Shown: positions 39,282-51,179 of the stretch, piece after piece
How the letters are laid out: every line of letters starts with the position of its first letter
Numbering within the stretch: the first letter of the stretch is position 1
Assembly (NCBI GenBank): GCA_002269645.1
Contig: NIVC01002800.1
Span: 1 to 64,000 of the forward strand
Source of the DNA: Macrostomum lignano
Taxonomy: Eukaryota
Direction: 5' to 3'
DNA length: 64,000 bases
Made by a program: the position numbers and the translations under genes
Notes under the pieces: generated by a model
Database searches by the model: none
The model's input: only the letters and a program-made list of their open reading frames with translations
Told to the model about the DNA's origin: nothing

Positions 39282-39590
39282 GCCTATCCGAGCCCCCGCG
39301 ACTCGCAGAGCTGCCTGGAGCGATGCGGCCAAGTTGTTCAACAGGCTGAGAAAGACATTGAAGTGGAGCTGTCGGGCTTTCAAAACCGAGTCCAGCGTTG
39401 CATGATGGACTGCGGCGACAGGGCGAAGGACGGCCTGCCGGCCTCGCCAAGTTCCGATCAGATCGCCAAAGCTCGAGTCGCTTCGGAGGCGTGCGCGGAG
39501 AAGTGCGTGCGCACCCATCTGGAGCAGCATCTGCCTACGGCAATGAAAAAAATTGGCGAACGACTCAAAGGCTACAAAGTGTCCTTGTAG
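39282..39590 (+). CDS. FAM136A: FAM136A exon 2 (149 aa total, twin CX3C motifs)
   Basis: Acceptor ATCGCAG|GCC. CLERC...ELSGFQNRVQRCMMDCGDRAKD...CAEKC matches the DUF842 pattern CIERC...[22 protein letters not shown]...CVTKC. Confidence 0.92.
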   Translation, partial: AYPSPRDSQSCLERCGQVVQQAEKDIEVELSGFQNRVQRCMMDCGDRAKDGLPASPSSDQIAKARVASEACAEKCVRTHLEQHLPTAMKKIGERLKGYKVSL

Positions 39591-39849
39591 AAATGACTTG
39601 AACTTGGTCTTTGTCTATCCGTGCTTAAATGCGGTTCGAGTTAGAATAGCTTAATGATATTTTAACAACTATTTGTCTCCGACTATTGTTAGTTCAATTC
39701 AGACATCTGAGTTTATTAGTAGCGTTACATTCTGCTTGCAGCAATAATTATTCACTTTTAATTTTGTTAGTTAACTGTTCAAATAAATGAATTGATTTTG
39801 AAGTGTTCAACTCTTCTTTGGGATGATATACTTTTCATGCAGTTGTCCC

Positions 39850-41137
39850 TCATAGTGTATCTGGATTCCCCATAGTGTATCTGAATTCCCCATAGTGTAT
39901 CGGAATTCCCCTATAGTGTATCCGAATTCCCCATAGTGTATCGGAATTCCCCATAGTGTATCTGAATTCCCCCATAGTGTATCTGAATTCCCCTATGGTG
40001 TATCTGAATTCCCTCATAGTGTATCTGAATTCCCCCATAGTGTATCTGAATTCCCCTATATTGTATCTGAATTCCCCCATAGTGTATCTGAATTCCCCCA
40101 TAGTGTATCTGAATTCCCCTATGGTGTATCTGAATTCCCTCATAGTGTATCTGAATTCCCCCATAGTGTATCTGAATTCCCCTATAGTGTATCCGAATTC
40201 CCCCGTAGTGTATCTGAATCCCTCATAGACAGTGTCTGAATTCCCCTATAGACAGTGTCTGAATTCTCCCATAGACAGTGTCTGAATTCTCCCATAGACA
40301 TCTGAATTCCCCCATAGACAGTATTTTAATTCCCCCATAGACAGTGTCTGAATTCCCCCATAGACAGTATCTGAATTTCCCCATAGGCAGTATCTGAATT
40401 TCCCCATAGACAGTGTCTGAATTCCCCCATCGACAGTATCTGAATTCCCCTATAGACAGTGTCTGAATTCTCCCATAGACAGTGTCTGAATTCCCCTATA
40501 GACAGTATCTGAATTTCCCCATAGGCAGTGTCTGAATTCCCCCATAGACAGTGTCTAAATTCTCCCAAAGACAGTATCTGAATTCCCCCATGCTGTATCT
40601 TAATTCCCCCATAGACAGTGTCTGAATTCCCCCAAAGACAGTGTCTGAATTCCCCCATAGACAGTATCTGAATTTCCCCATAGGCAGTGTCTGAATCCCC
40701 CCATAGACAGTGTCTAAATTCTCCCAAAGACAGTATCTGAATTCCCCCATGCTGTATCTTAATTCCCCCATAGACAGTGTCTGAATTCCCCCAAAGACAG
40801 TGTCTGAATTCCCCCAAAGACAGTGTCTGAATTCCCCCATAGACAGTGTATGAATTCCCCCATAGACAGTGTATGAATTCCCCCATAGACAGTGTATGAA
40901 TTCCCCCATAGACAGTGTATGAATTCCCCCATAGACAGTGTCTGAATTCCCCCATAGACAGTGTCTGAATTCCCCCATAGACAGTGTCTGAATTCCCCCA
41001 TAGACAGTGTATGAATTCCCCCATAGACAGTGCCTGAATTTCCCCACAGACAGTATCTGAATTCCCCCATAGACAGTATCTGAATTCCCCCATGCTGTAT
41101 CTGAATTCCCCCATGCTGTATCTGAGTTCCTTCATAG
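39850..41137. repeat. FAM136A-INTS5 spacer minisatellite, 20-23-bp unit CCCCATAG(ACA)GTGTCTGAATT
   Basis: Read directly; the unit lengthens at about 40225. Confidence 0.95.
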
Positions 41138-41186
41138 ACATTTAAATTGTCGGAATTCCCTGCCCCTCAGCAACAGCAGGCCAGCA

Positions 41187-41586
41187 ATGGCCGCACCGCA
41201 GGGCACAGAGCTGGGCCTGTTCATCGCGGCCAGCAGCGGCGGGGTCCAACTCAACTCGGAGGCCATGGCCGACCTGGCATTGAATCTCCTTCGCACAGTG
41301 CCGCAGGCGCGCCTCGCCGTGTTGGAGCACTTCAGCAGCGTGTTTAACGACTACGTGTGCAATAGCGCTTTGCACGCCAAATCAACCCAGTGCGAGCCGG
41401 TGCGCAAGACTCTAGCCAATCATATTAGCCGGCTTTGCTCGGCCTTGGATCAGCTGATGCCAACGGCTCCAACGGGATTCGCTAGCGACGTCTGCCGTTG
41501 GAGTTTGGACCTGTTGGCCAGCTTGTGCCTGAAGTACGCGCCGCATGTGATTGGCGAGGCGCATCAGATCCAGCGGAGCCGGGATG
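41187..41586 (+). CDS. INTS5: Integrator complex subunit 5, exon 1
   Basis: LLRTVPQARLAVLEHFSSVF and WSLDLLASL resemble human [20 protein letters not shown] and WSIDLMGQL. Donor G|GTTGGT, phase 1. Confidence 0.85.
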
Positions 41587-41608
41587 GTTGGTTGCTCAGA
41601 CTGTTGTG

Positions 41609-42215
41609 TGGGATTATGGGACTATGGGATTAGTGGCTGCGGGATTATTGAATTAGGGATTATGGGCTGCTGGATTATTGAATTAGGGATTATGAGCTGT
41701 GATGGGATTAGTGGCTTCGGGATGATTGAATTAGGGATTATGGGCTGTGGGATTATTGAATTAGGGATTATGAGCTGTGGTGGGATTAGTGGCTTCGGGA
41801 TGATTGAATTAGGGATTATGGGCTGTGGGATTATTGAATTAGGGATTATGAGCTGTGGTGGGATTAGTGGCTTCGGAATTATTGAATTAGGGATTATGGG
41901 CTGCTGGATTATTGAATTAGGGATTATCAGCTGTGATGGGATTAGTGGCTTCGGGATGATTGAATTAGGGATTATGGGCTGTGGGATTATTGAATTAGGG
42001 ATTATGAGCTGTGGTGGGATTAGTGGCTTCGGGATGATTGAATTAGGGATTATGGGCTGTGGGATTATTGAATTAGGGATTATGAGCTGTGGTGGGATTA
42101 GTGGCTTCGGGATGATTGAATTAGGGATTATGGGCTGTGGGATTATTGAATTAGGGATTATGAGCTGTGGTGGGATTAGTGGCTTCGGGATGATTGAATT
42201 AGGGATTATGGGCTG
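41609..42215. repeat. INTS5 intron 1 array: 15-bp GGGATTA-core subunits in a 78-bp higher-order repeat
   Basis: Read directly. Confidence 0.93.
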
Positions 42216-42482
42216 TGTTACGTTCAGACTGGGATTATTTACCGGCTTCCAATATACTAAAAATGATGGACTATAATTAGGACATAATTATGAACTTAAA
42301 ATATTTACTGGAAAAACAGAGCAGAGGATTAATAGTTTTAAGAAAAAATGACTGCATGCATATTCGAAGAGGAAATTTTGATTGTAGTACAGCTCGTAAC
42401 TGCTGATTAGTGTACGATATCCGAGATTCGAGCTCGGGACCTAATATATCCTCCTACCCTCCCTTCGAATGCCTAAAAGCAG

Positions 42483-42738
42483 CGGACAGGCAGCCAATGG
42501 AGGAGCGCACCCGCCAATGGCTATCAGTTCCCGGCATCCCCGAGCTGCTGGGCATCGCTCAGCGATTCGGCGAGCGCGACGATTTCTCGGACGGCCTTCT
42601 GGCCGGCCAGCCGCAGCTCGACTGGTTGCTGGCGGCGCCGGCCGCGACTGTCGGACTTTGCGGTCGTCGGAGCGCCTCGGCTTCGGCTGCCGTTCTGGAC
42701 CGTCTGTTGGACCGCGCTATGCGGGACGGCTCGACTAG
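42483..42738 (+). CDS. INTS5: INTS5 exon 2
   Basis: Tandem acceptor AAG/CAG (42480 or 42483). PQLDWLLA resembles PHFDWVVA. Donor AG|GTGAGT, phase 2. Confidence 0.8.
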
Positions 42739-42772
42739 GTGAGTGAGCCTGCTCTGGTGGCTTTATGATGTG

Positions 42773-43310
42773 AGTTAGTTAGTTAGTTAGTTTGTTTGTT
42801 TGTTAGTTAGTTAGTTAGTTAGTTATTTAGTTTGTTAGTTTGATAGTTATTAAGTTAGTTATTTAGTTTGTTTGTTAGTTAGTTAGTTAGTTAGTTAGTT
42901 ATTTAGTTAGTTAGTTAGTTAGTTTGTTAGTTTGTTAGTTTGTTTGTTAGTTAGTTTGTTTGTTTGTTAGTTAGTTAGTCAGTTAGTTAGTTAGTTAGTT
43001 AATAGTAGGTTAGCCAGCCAGTCAGTCAGCCAGTCAGTCAGCCAGTCAGTCAGTCAGTCAGTCAGTCAGCCAGTCAGTCAGCCAGTCAGTCAGTCAGTCA
43101 GTCAGTCAGTCAGTCAGTCAGCCAGTCAGTCAGTCAGTCAGTCAGTCAGTCAGTCAGTCGGTCTGTCAGTCAGTCAGTCAGCCAGTCAGTCAGCCAGTCA
43201 GTCAGTCAGTCAGTCAGTCAGTCAGTCAGTCAGTCAGTCAGTCAGTCAGTCAGTCAGTCAGTCAGTCAGTCAGTCAGTCAGTCAGTCAGTCGGTCTGTCA
43301 GTCAGCCAGT
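42773..43310. repeat. Compound (TTAG/TTTG)n to (TCAG)n microsatellite filling INTS5 intron 2
   Basis: Read directly. Confidence 0.95.
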
Positions 43311-43341
43311 CATGCCTGTCTCATATGCACCCCATTCGCAG

Positions 43342-44027
43342 AGACGGCTCCGGTCGGATGCCGCCCAGCCTGCTGGACCTGCTGGCTCACCTGGCTGTCA
43401 ACCGGCGTGGCGAACTCTGCGCCGCACTGCGCCGACTCTGCCGCAAAGCGGAGTCCGACCGGCGCCAGCTGGCCACCTTCCTGCTGCACCTGGCCGCCTT
43501 TGGCTCGGCCGGGCTGTCCGGCCTGCTGGTCGAGCTGGCCGTCAGATTCGCCTCGGCCAATCCAGAGCAGCTCGCTGGCGCCCTCGACGCGATGCTATCC
43601 GACAATCCCGACGCCGTGGTCGATGCTGCCGAGCGTCGACAGATGGCCGCCTCAGTGCTGCTTCGCTGCCAGGAGCCGTCCGGTCTCCGCATGCTGCGGC
43701 TGCTCCTTCAGGCGGTCCGACGGCGGCCGAACGCCGGCCAGTCGAAGACCTGCGCCTTGTTGCTGGCCAGCGTGTCCTCATCCGCTCTGCGATCTCTGCC
43801 TGGCTCGCTGCAGCCGGGCCAGCAGCAGCAGCAGGAGCCGCAGCAGGCGCTACTTCGCCTGACTGACCGTCTGACAGCCAGGTGTCCGTATTCTGCCCGC
43901 CTGCTAGCTGCGGCCGCTGTCGCTGGCGGCCGGCCCGGCTGTCTGCAACGGCTACTCCGGCCAGCTTTAACCGGACATCCGAAACTGCTGCTGCAGGCGC
44001 TGGATGTTATCGAACTGCACGATAGCG
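43342..44027 (+). CDS. INTS5: INTS5 exon 3
   Basis: Acceptor TTCGCAG|A, phase 2. SLLDLLAHLA. Donor G|GTGAGG, phase 1. Confidence 0.8.
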
Positions 44028-44199
44028 GTGAGGGCTGTTTGGAAGGATTAAGTTATCGGCGTTAAAATATCCCAATAAGTTTCATGTTTCGGCCTTAAAA
44101 TACTCGTATTTGAACAACTTAACTATCGGGTGTCGGTTTAAAAGAACTACTTTTTGAGATATTTTTTGCCCTCTCAAAACTAGTTGCCTATCCTAAAAT

Positions 44200-44600
44200 A
44201 TCGGGCCCCGGCCTTCAAAAACTTTGAAAGTTGAAAGTGCCTTTGAGCTTTGAAAGTGCCAAAAAGGTCTTAATAAACCCCCCTTTGAAGAGATCCGCCT
44301 CTAAAAAAGCTTTCTTAAAAAATCGGCCTTCAAAATGCCTTCTGAAAAATCGGCTTTTGGAAATTGCTTCGAAAGAATCTGCCTTCATAAATTTCTTGAG
44401 AAAATCGGCCTTTAAAAGTGTCTTGAAAAAATAGGCCTTTAAAACTTTCTTGAAAAAAAACCAGCCTTTAAAAGTTTCTTTTGAAGAAATCGGCCTTCAA
44501 AAATGCCTTTTTGAAGAAATCAGCCTTCAATACTGCATTTAAAAAATCGATAAACACCTTATGAAAAAAATTGGCTTTCAAAAGCAACGTTAAGATTTCC
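44200..44600. repeat. Highly degenerate AT-rich repeat (AAAATCGGCCTTCAAAA core) in INTS5 intron 3
   Basis: The core recurs about every 25-35 bp. Confidence 0.6.
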
Positions 44601-44706
44601 TTATCTTTGAAAATTTCTTGACCTCTTTAAGGACTCGTAAGGATTTAATTCGAAATGATTTTTATAACAATCAAGTCAGCGGTAAGTCAATAAAACTGCC
44701 TTCTAG

Positions 44707-44957
44707 ATGCCGCAGACGCCATTGCCGACTGCCTGCTTCAGCGGCTGCTGTCTGCTGCCGATTGGCGCCTTCGCCGGCACCTCCTACGCAGCGCCGGCGC
44801 TCTCCTAGCCGAAGAGGCCAGCCAGGAGCGGCGCCGATTGGCTGGCGCTCTCGGCCGCCAGCTGCCTCGCCTGCTGCGCCTGCTGGACGCCGGGCCGGGG
44901 CCGGCCGGTGTTGCCGACCTGCTGGCACTGACTGGCCGGCTGGAGTTTCACAGATCT
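44707..44957 (+). CDS. INTS5: INTS5 exon 4
   Basis: Acceptor TTCTAG|AT, phase 1. Leu/Ala/Arg-rich helical sequence. Donor TCT|GTGAGC, phase 0 (3' boundary less certain). Confidence 0.7.
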
Positions 44958-45074
44958 GTGAGCGCTGCCGCATTTACTGAACTGATTGGGGATTTGGGCG
45001 CTTTGCATAGGCTTGAAATTTCACATGAGTCTTGTTACTCACTTTTGCTAGCTTATAACTTCACTCTGGCAGCT

Positions 45075-45417
45075 TCGAGCTTGAGAAGTTTTGATCTTGT
45101 GAAGTTTCGAGTTTGAGAAGTTTTGAGCTTGTGAAGTTTCGAGTTAGAGAAGTTTTGATATTGTGAAGTTTCGAGTTTGAGAAGTTTTGATCTTGTGAAG
45201 TCTCGAGCTTCAGAAGTTTTGATATTGTGAAGTTTCGAGTTTGAGAAGTTTTGATATTGTGAAGTTTCGAGCTTGAGAAGTTTTGATCTTGTGAAATTTT
45301 GAGCTTGAGAAGTTTTGATATTGTGAAGTCTCGAGCTTGAGAAATTTTGATCTTGTGAAGTCTCGAGCTTGAGAAGTTTTGATCTTGTGAAGTCTCGAGC
45401 TTGAGAAGTTTTGATCT
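45075..45417. repeat. 32-bp minisatellite GAGCTTGAGAAGTTTTGATCTTGTGAAGTCTC in INTS5 intron 4
   Basis: Read directly. Confidence 0.93.
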
Positions 45418-45448
45418 GTAACGTAACTGTAACGATTCTATTTACAAG

Positions 45449-46036
45449 GCACCCTTAGCCGATTGCATAGCAGCCACAGGCGCTCTGTCCCGAGCTGTCG
45501 TTCACTGCCTGTTGGAATCTCCAGCCGATGAGACCGTCGGTCAAGTCGACAGCCTGGCCGACCAGTTGGCCGACCAGCTGCTGGGCGCCGCCCGTCTCTA
45601 TCCGCACTGCCGCGTCGCCGCCATCCGCCAGCTGGTCCAAGCCATGCTCTCGCCGTCGCCTCCGCCGCCTCCGCCTCCGTCGGCGTCGGTCGTAGCCGTC
45701 GACTCGCCGTCAACCGGCAGTGTGGCTTTAATCACTTCGCGTCCGCCGAGTGTCGACGTCGCCGGCCAGCTGTTGAGACGGCGGGCACCGCTGGCCAATC
45801 GTTCTGCTGCCGCCGACGCTGCCAGCTCAATGTCGATGACGTCGGCTGCCGAGATGCGCTGGTCAGCCGAGCAGGACCTGCTGGCTCTGCTGCACCGGCT
45901 GGTTATGGACGGCGACGCGGCCAAGTGTGGCGGCAGCGGCGGCTCCCAGGCCGCTGCCCGAGCCCTGGCCGTGGCCCTGTCTCAGGCCGCCTGTCCTGAG
46001 GGCGCCCTTCTGGCTATGGCCGCCACGCTAGACAAG
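45449..46036 (+). CDS. INTS5: INTS5 exon 5
   Basis: Acceptor TTTACAAG|GCA, phase 0, 196 open codons. Donor AAG|GTGAGG. Confidence 0.78.
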
Positions 46037-46485
46037 GTGAGGCTGAGGTAGAGAGAGATGAGGCTGAAGTGGGGAGATGAGGCTGCGGTAAAGAGATGAG
46101 GCTGAAATGGGGAGATGAGGCTGAGATGGGAAGATGAGGCTGAGATGGGGAGATGAGACTGCGGTAAAGAGATAAGGCTGAGGTGGGGAGACGAGGCTGA
46201 GATGAGGAGATGAGGCTGCAGTGGGGAGATGAGGCTGAGATGGGAGATGAGGCTGAGATGGGAGATGAGGCTGAGGTGGGGAGATGAGGCTGAGATGAGG
46301 AGATGAGGCTGCAGTGGGGAGATGAGGCTGAGATGGGAGATGAGGCTAAGGTGGGGAGATGAGGCTGCGGTAAAGAGATAAGGCTGAGGTGGGGAGATGA
46401 GGCTGAGATGCGGAGATGAGGCTGAGATGGGGTGATGAGGCTAAGATGAGGAAATGAGGCTGAGATGGGTAGATGAGGTTATACT
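46037..46485. repeat. 16-17-bp repeat GAGATGAGGCTGAGATGG filling INTS5 intron 5
   Basis: Read directly. Confidence 0.92.
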
Positions 46486-46530
46486 AGGTAGAGAACAGGC
46501 TAAAGAAAGTCAGGTGATTTTCCACCCCAG

Positions 46531-47055
46531 GTGGGTCTGGAGTCCGGCACCCGAGTCCTGTCGCAGTTCCGCGCCCGCCCAGTCGCCCTGTGGGGCGCCC
46601 TGGAGCTCGCGGCCAGACTTGGCGAGCCGTGCGTGCTGGCCGAGGCCGCTCCGCTGCTGGCCGCCCTGCTCACCGGCCTGACCGTCCACTGGGGCTCCCG
46701 CCGGCAGCAGCCGCAGTCGTCGGCGTGCGCCGGCGCCGCCGCAGAGACCCGCCGGTTGATCGGCCTGCTCCGGGCCGGCCGCCTGCTGTCTCCTCCGCTG
46801 GACCGTCTGGACGCTATTGTCGACTGTCTGACACCGGCCGAGCTGCACCCGCTGCTCGAGGAGCTTCGCCGAGCCGTGCTGGAGGCGGCCGACTGGGCCA
46901 GACGGGAAGGACCGCAGGCGGTGGCAAAGGCCGGATTGGTCAGCGCCGAGCGGGCGGCGCCGCTGCTCAACCGGCTGCTGCATCGTCACGTGACCCGGCT
47001 GGCCCCGCTGTTTGGCGAGTTCTTTAGCCCGGGTGGCGGCTTGGCCTGTCACTGA
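46531..47055 (+). CDS. INTS5: INTS5 exon 6 (terminal; about 901 aa total)
   Basis: Acceptor CACCCCAG|GTG. LLAALLTGLTVHW, PPLDRL...LTPAELHPLL and LLHRHVTRLAPLF resemble the INTS5 C-terminus. The six exons sum to 2706 nt, in frame. Confidence 0.85.
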   Translation: MGLESGTRVLSQFRARPVALWGALELAARLGEPCVLAEAAPLLAALLTGLTVHWGSRRQQPQSSACAGAAAETRRLIGLLRAGRLLSPPLDRLDAIVDCLTPAELHPLLEELRRAVLEAADWARREGPQAVAKAGLVSAERAAPLLNRLLHRHVTRLAPLFGEFFSPGGGLACH

Positions 47056-48955
47056 TGATTTGATAATCTGACTGGTGATTTAATAATCTGACTGGTGATT
47101 TGATAATCTGACTGGTGATTTATTAATCTGACTGATGATTTGATAATCTGACTGGTGATTTGATAATCTGACTGGTGATTTAATAATCTGACTGGTGATT
47201 TGATAATCTGACTGGTGATTTGATAATCTGACTGGTGATTTGATAATCTGACTGGTGATTTGATAATCTGACTGGTGATTTGATAATCTGACTGGTGATT
47301 TGATAATCTGACTGGTGATTTGATAATCTGACTGATGATTTGATAATCTGACTGGTGATTTGATAATCTGACTGGTGATTTGATAATCTGACTGGTGATT
47401 TGATAATCTGACTGGTGATTTGATAATCTGACTGGTGATTTGATAATCTGACTGATGATTTGATAATCTGACTGGTGATTTAATAATCTGACTGGTGATT
47501 TAATAATCTGACTGGTGATTTGATAATCTGACTGGTGATTTGATAATCTGACTGGTGATTTGATAATCTGACTGGTGATTTGATAATCTGACTGGTGATT
47601 TAATAATCTGACTGGTGATTTGATAATCTGACTGGTGATTTGATAATCTGACTGGTGATTTGATCATCTGACTGATGATTTGATCACTGATGATTTGATC
47701 GCTAATGATTTGATAATCTGACTGGTGATTTGATAATCTGACTGGTGATTTAATAATCTGACTTGTGATTTGATAATCTGACTGGTGATTTGATAATCTG
47801 ACTGGTGATTTGATAATCTGACTGATGATTTGATAATCTGACTGATGATTTGATAATCTGACTGGTGATTTGATAATCTGACTGGTGATTTGATAATCTG
47901 ACTGGTGATTTGATAATCTGACTGGTGATTTGATAATCTGACTGGTGATTTGATAATCTGACTGGTGATTTGATAATCTGACTGGTGATTTGATAATCTG
48001 ACTGGTGATTTGATAATCTGACTGGTGATTTGATAATCTGACTGACTGATGATTTGATAATCTGACTGATGATTGGATAATCTGACTGACTGATGATTTG
48101 ATAATCTGACTGATGATTTGATAATCTGACTGACTGATGATTTGATAATCTGACTGATGATTTGATAATCTGACTGACTGATGATTTGATAATCTGACTG
48201 ACTGATGATTTGATAATCTGACTGACTGATGATTTGATAATCTGACTGATGATTGGATAATCTGACTGATGATTGGATAATCTGACTGATGATTTGATAA
48301 TCTGACTGACTGATGATTTGATAATCTGACTGATGATTTGATAATCTGACTGACTGATGATTTGATAATCTGACTGATGATTGGATAATCTGACTGACTG
48401 ATGATTTGATAATCTGACTGATGATTGGATAATCTGACTGACTGATGATTTGATAATCTGACTGATGATTGGATAATCTGACTGACTGATGATTTGATAA
48501 TCTGACTGATGATTTGATAATCTGACTGACTGATGATTTGATAATCTGACTGATGATTTGATAATCTGACTGACTGATGATTTGATAATCTGACTGACTG
48601 ATGATTTGATAATCTGACTGATGATTTGATAATCTGACTGACTGATGATTTGATAATCTGACTGATGATTTGATCACTGATGATTTGATAATCTGACTGG
48701 TGATTTGATAATCTGACTGATGATTTGATAATCTGACTGATGATTTGATAATCTGACTGATGATTTGATAATCTGACTGATGATTTAATAATCTGACTGA
48801 TGATTTGATAATCTGACTGATGATTTGATAATCTGACTGATGATTTGATAATCTGACTGATGATTTGATAATCTGACTGACTGATGATTTGATAATCTGA
48901 CTGATGATTTGATAATCTGACAGACTGATGATTTGATAATCTGACTGATGATCTG
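47051..48955. repeat. INTS5-CDC7 spacer minisatellite, 20/24-bp unit TGATTTGATAATCTGACTG(G/A), about 1.9 kb
   Basis: Read directly; begins at the INTS5 stop codon. Confidence 0.98.
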
Positions 48956-49326
48956 ACGGCTTCAAATTCAAATTCGGCTTGTTAGCTATTATTAATTTTT
49001 GGCAAGCATTTTTCATCAGTTCATTAACAGTTAACTTATTTTCTGTTAGTAGCAACATGTGTATGTATGAGTTAGTGTTGGTTGCCGATTGAAATATTTC
49101 GTGTACTAATTATATAATAGATATTACACAGCCAAGTTCCTTGTTGCTTTTAAAAACGCAGTTCAGCCAATTAAAAATATTCATCGCGCGCTTTTTTCAC
49201 TCCAACTTTAAATTTTAGTTGCAAAATACAAAAAAATGCCTACTGACAAGTAGGATAGAGCGACTATCATTGCTTTTCTCGGTTAGATAGCTAAATAGTG
49301 TGTATAAATTTTTTCAGCGGCATATC

Positions 49327-49719
49327 ATGAAACGCCGCCGCTCGCCAGCCGCCGATGCGGCGACTCCGTCAGCCTCGTCGGATCCGATGTTCAAAACGCT
49401 GGAATTCGCTCGCAGTCTGAGGACTATACGGGATTATTTTAATTTAATAGACAAATGCGGCGAAGGCGCTTTCTCGGCCGTGTTCAGAGCCCGGCCGCTG
49501 ACTGGCGGGGACCGTTGCTTAGCGGTTAAGGTCATCAGCCAGTGCTGCGACTTGCAGCGCACCTGTACGGAGATTCTTCTGTTGAAGGCCTTAAAAGGCT
49601 CGCCGAATGTCATCAGCCTGGTGTCTGCTGTGCGTGAGGCTGAAACTGTGCTGCTGGTGATGGACTACGTTGAGCACAGGCCGTTTGTGGAGTTCTATAG
49701 ACAGCTGCAACCTGATCAG
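49327..49719 (+). CDS. CDC7: CDC7 (DDK catalytic subunit) kinase exon 1
   Basis: GEGAFSAV Gly loop, LAVK, alphaC Glu (TEILLL), MDYVEHRPF resembling CDC7 MPYLEHESF. Donor CAG|GTGCGT, phase 0. Confidence 0.9.
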
Positions 49720-49772
49720 GTGCGTTGGCTGCAATTGTGTGCTATTATCCCCTTTTTAGATTCCTCTTATTC

Positions 49773-51125
49773 TTAGAATCGACCTGTTTCTTAGAATCGT
49801 CGTTCAGTTCTTAGAATCTTCGCTTCTTATGAGTAGAAACGGCTTTTTTTCTAATAATTTTATTGCTTTTTGGAATCGGCTCATTTCTTAGAATCTTTGC
49901 TTTTTAAAATAGGCTTGTATTTCTAGGAATTTTATTGCTTCTTAGAATCGGCTGCTTAGAATATTATTGTTTCTTAAAGTCGGCTCATTTCTTAGAATCT
50001 TATTGTTTGTTAGAATCGGCTCATTTCTTAGAATCTTTGCTTTTTAAAATAGGCTTGTATTTCTAGGAATTTTATTGCTTCTTAGAATCGGCTGCTTAGA
50101 ATATTATTGTTTCTTAAAGTCGGCTCATTTCTTAGAATCTTATTGTTTGTTAGAATCGGCTCATTTCTTAGAATCTTTGCTTTTTAAAATAGGCTTGTAT
50201 TTCTAGAAATTTTATTGCTTCTTAGAATCGGCTGCTTAGAATATTATTGTTTCTTAAAGTCGGCTCATTTCTTAGAATCTTATTGTTTGTTAGAATCGGC
50301 TCATTTCTTAGAATCTTTGCTTTTTAAAATAGGCTTGATTTCTAGAAATTTTATTGCTTCTTAGAATCGGCTGCTTAGAACATTATTGTTTCGTAGAATA
50401 GGCTTATTTCGGAGAATTTTACTGTTTTTTAAAATTGGCTTATTTCTTACAATCTTATTGTTTCTAAGAATCGATTCCTTTTTGAGAATCTTGTTTCTTA
50501 GAATCGGCTCATTTTTAGAATCTTATTGTTTCTAAGAATCGATTCCTTTTTGAGAATCTTGTTTCTTAGAATCGGCTCATTTTTAGAATCTTATTGTTTC
50601 TAAGAATCGATTCCTTTTTGAGAATCTTGTTTCTTAGAATCGGCTCATTTTTAGAATCTTATTGTTTCTAAGAATCGATTCCTTTTTGAGAATCTTGTTT
50701 CTTAGAATCGGCTCATTTTTAGAATCTTATTGTTTCTAAGAATCGATTCCTTTTTGAGAATCTTGTTTCTTAGAATCGGCTCATTTTTAGAATCTTATTG
50801 TTTCTAAGAATCGATTCCTTTTTGAGAATCTTGTTTCTTAGAATCGGCTCATTTTTAGAATCTTATTGTTTCTAAGAATCGATTCCTTTTTGAGAATCTT
50901 GTTTCTTAGAATCGGCTCATTTTTAGAATCTTATTGTTTCTAAGAATCGATTCCTTTTTGAGAATCTTGTTTCTTAGAATCGGCTCATTTTTAGAATCTT
51001 ATTGTTTCTAAGAATCGATTCCTTTTTGAGAATCTTGTTTCTTAGAATCGGCTCATTTCTTAGAATCTTATTGCTTCTCCTTTCTTAGAACAGATCTGTT
51101 TCTCAGAACTGTTTTTTCCTAGAAT
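49773..51125. repeat. CDC7 intron array: TTCTTAGAATC-core units as 140-bp then 68-bp higher-order repeats
   Basis: Marker spacing of 140 bp (49911, 50051, 50191, 50331), then 68 bp from about 50470. Confidence 0.92.
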
Positions 51126-51179
51126 CAGCACCAGCCCAACCAGTGCCTGAGCTGACAGCCATCCCGGCACTATCTGCAG

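Noticed and set aside
41609-42215. TTAGGG hexamers as interstitial telomere
   Set aside because: Single hexamers embedded in longer units, never in tandem (also true at 1589-1896).
47051-48955. Box C (TGATGA) and box D (CTGA) snoRNA-like array
   Set aside because: The motifs fall out of the 20/24-bp unit itself. There are no terminal stems or variable guide sequences.
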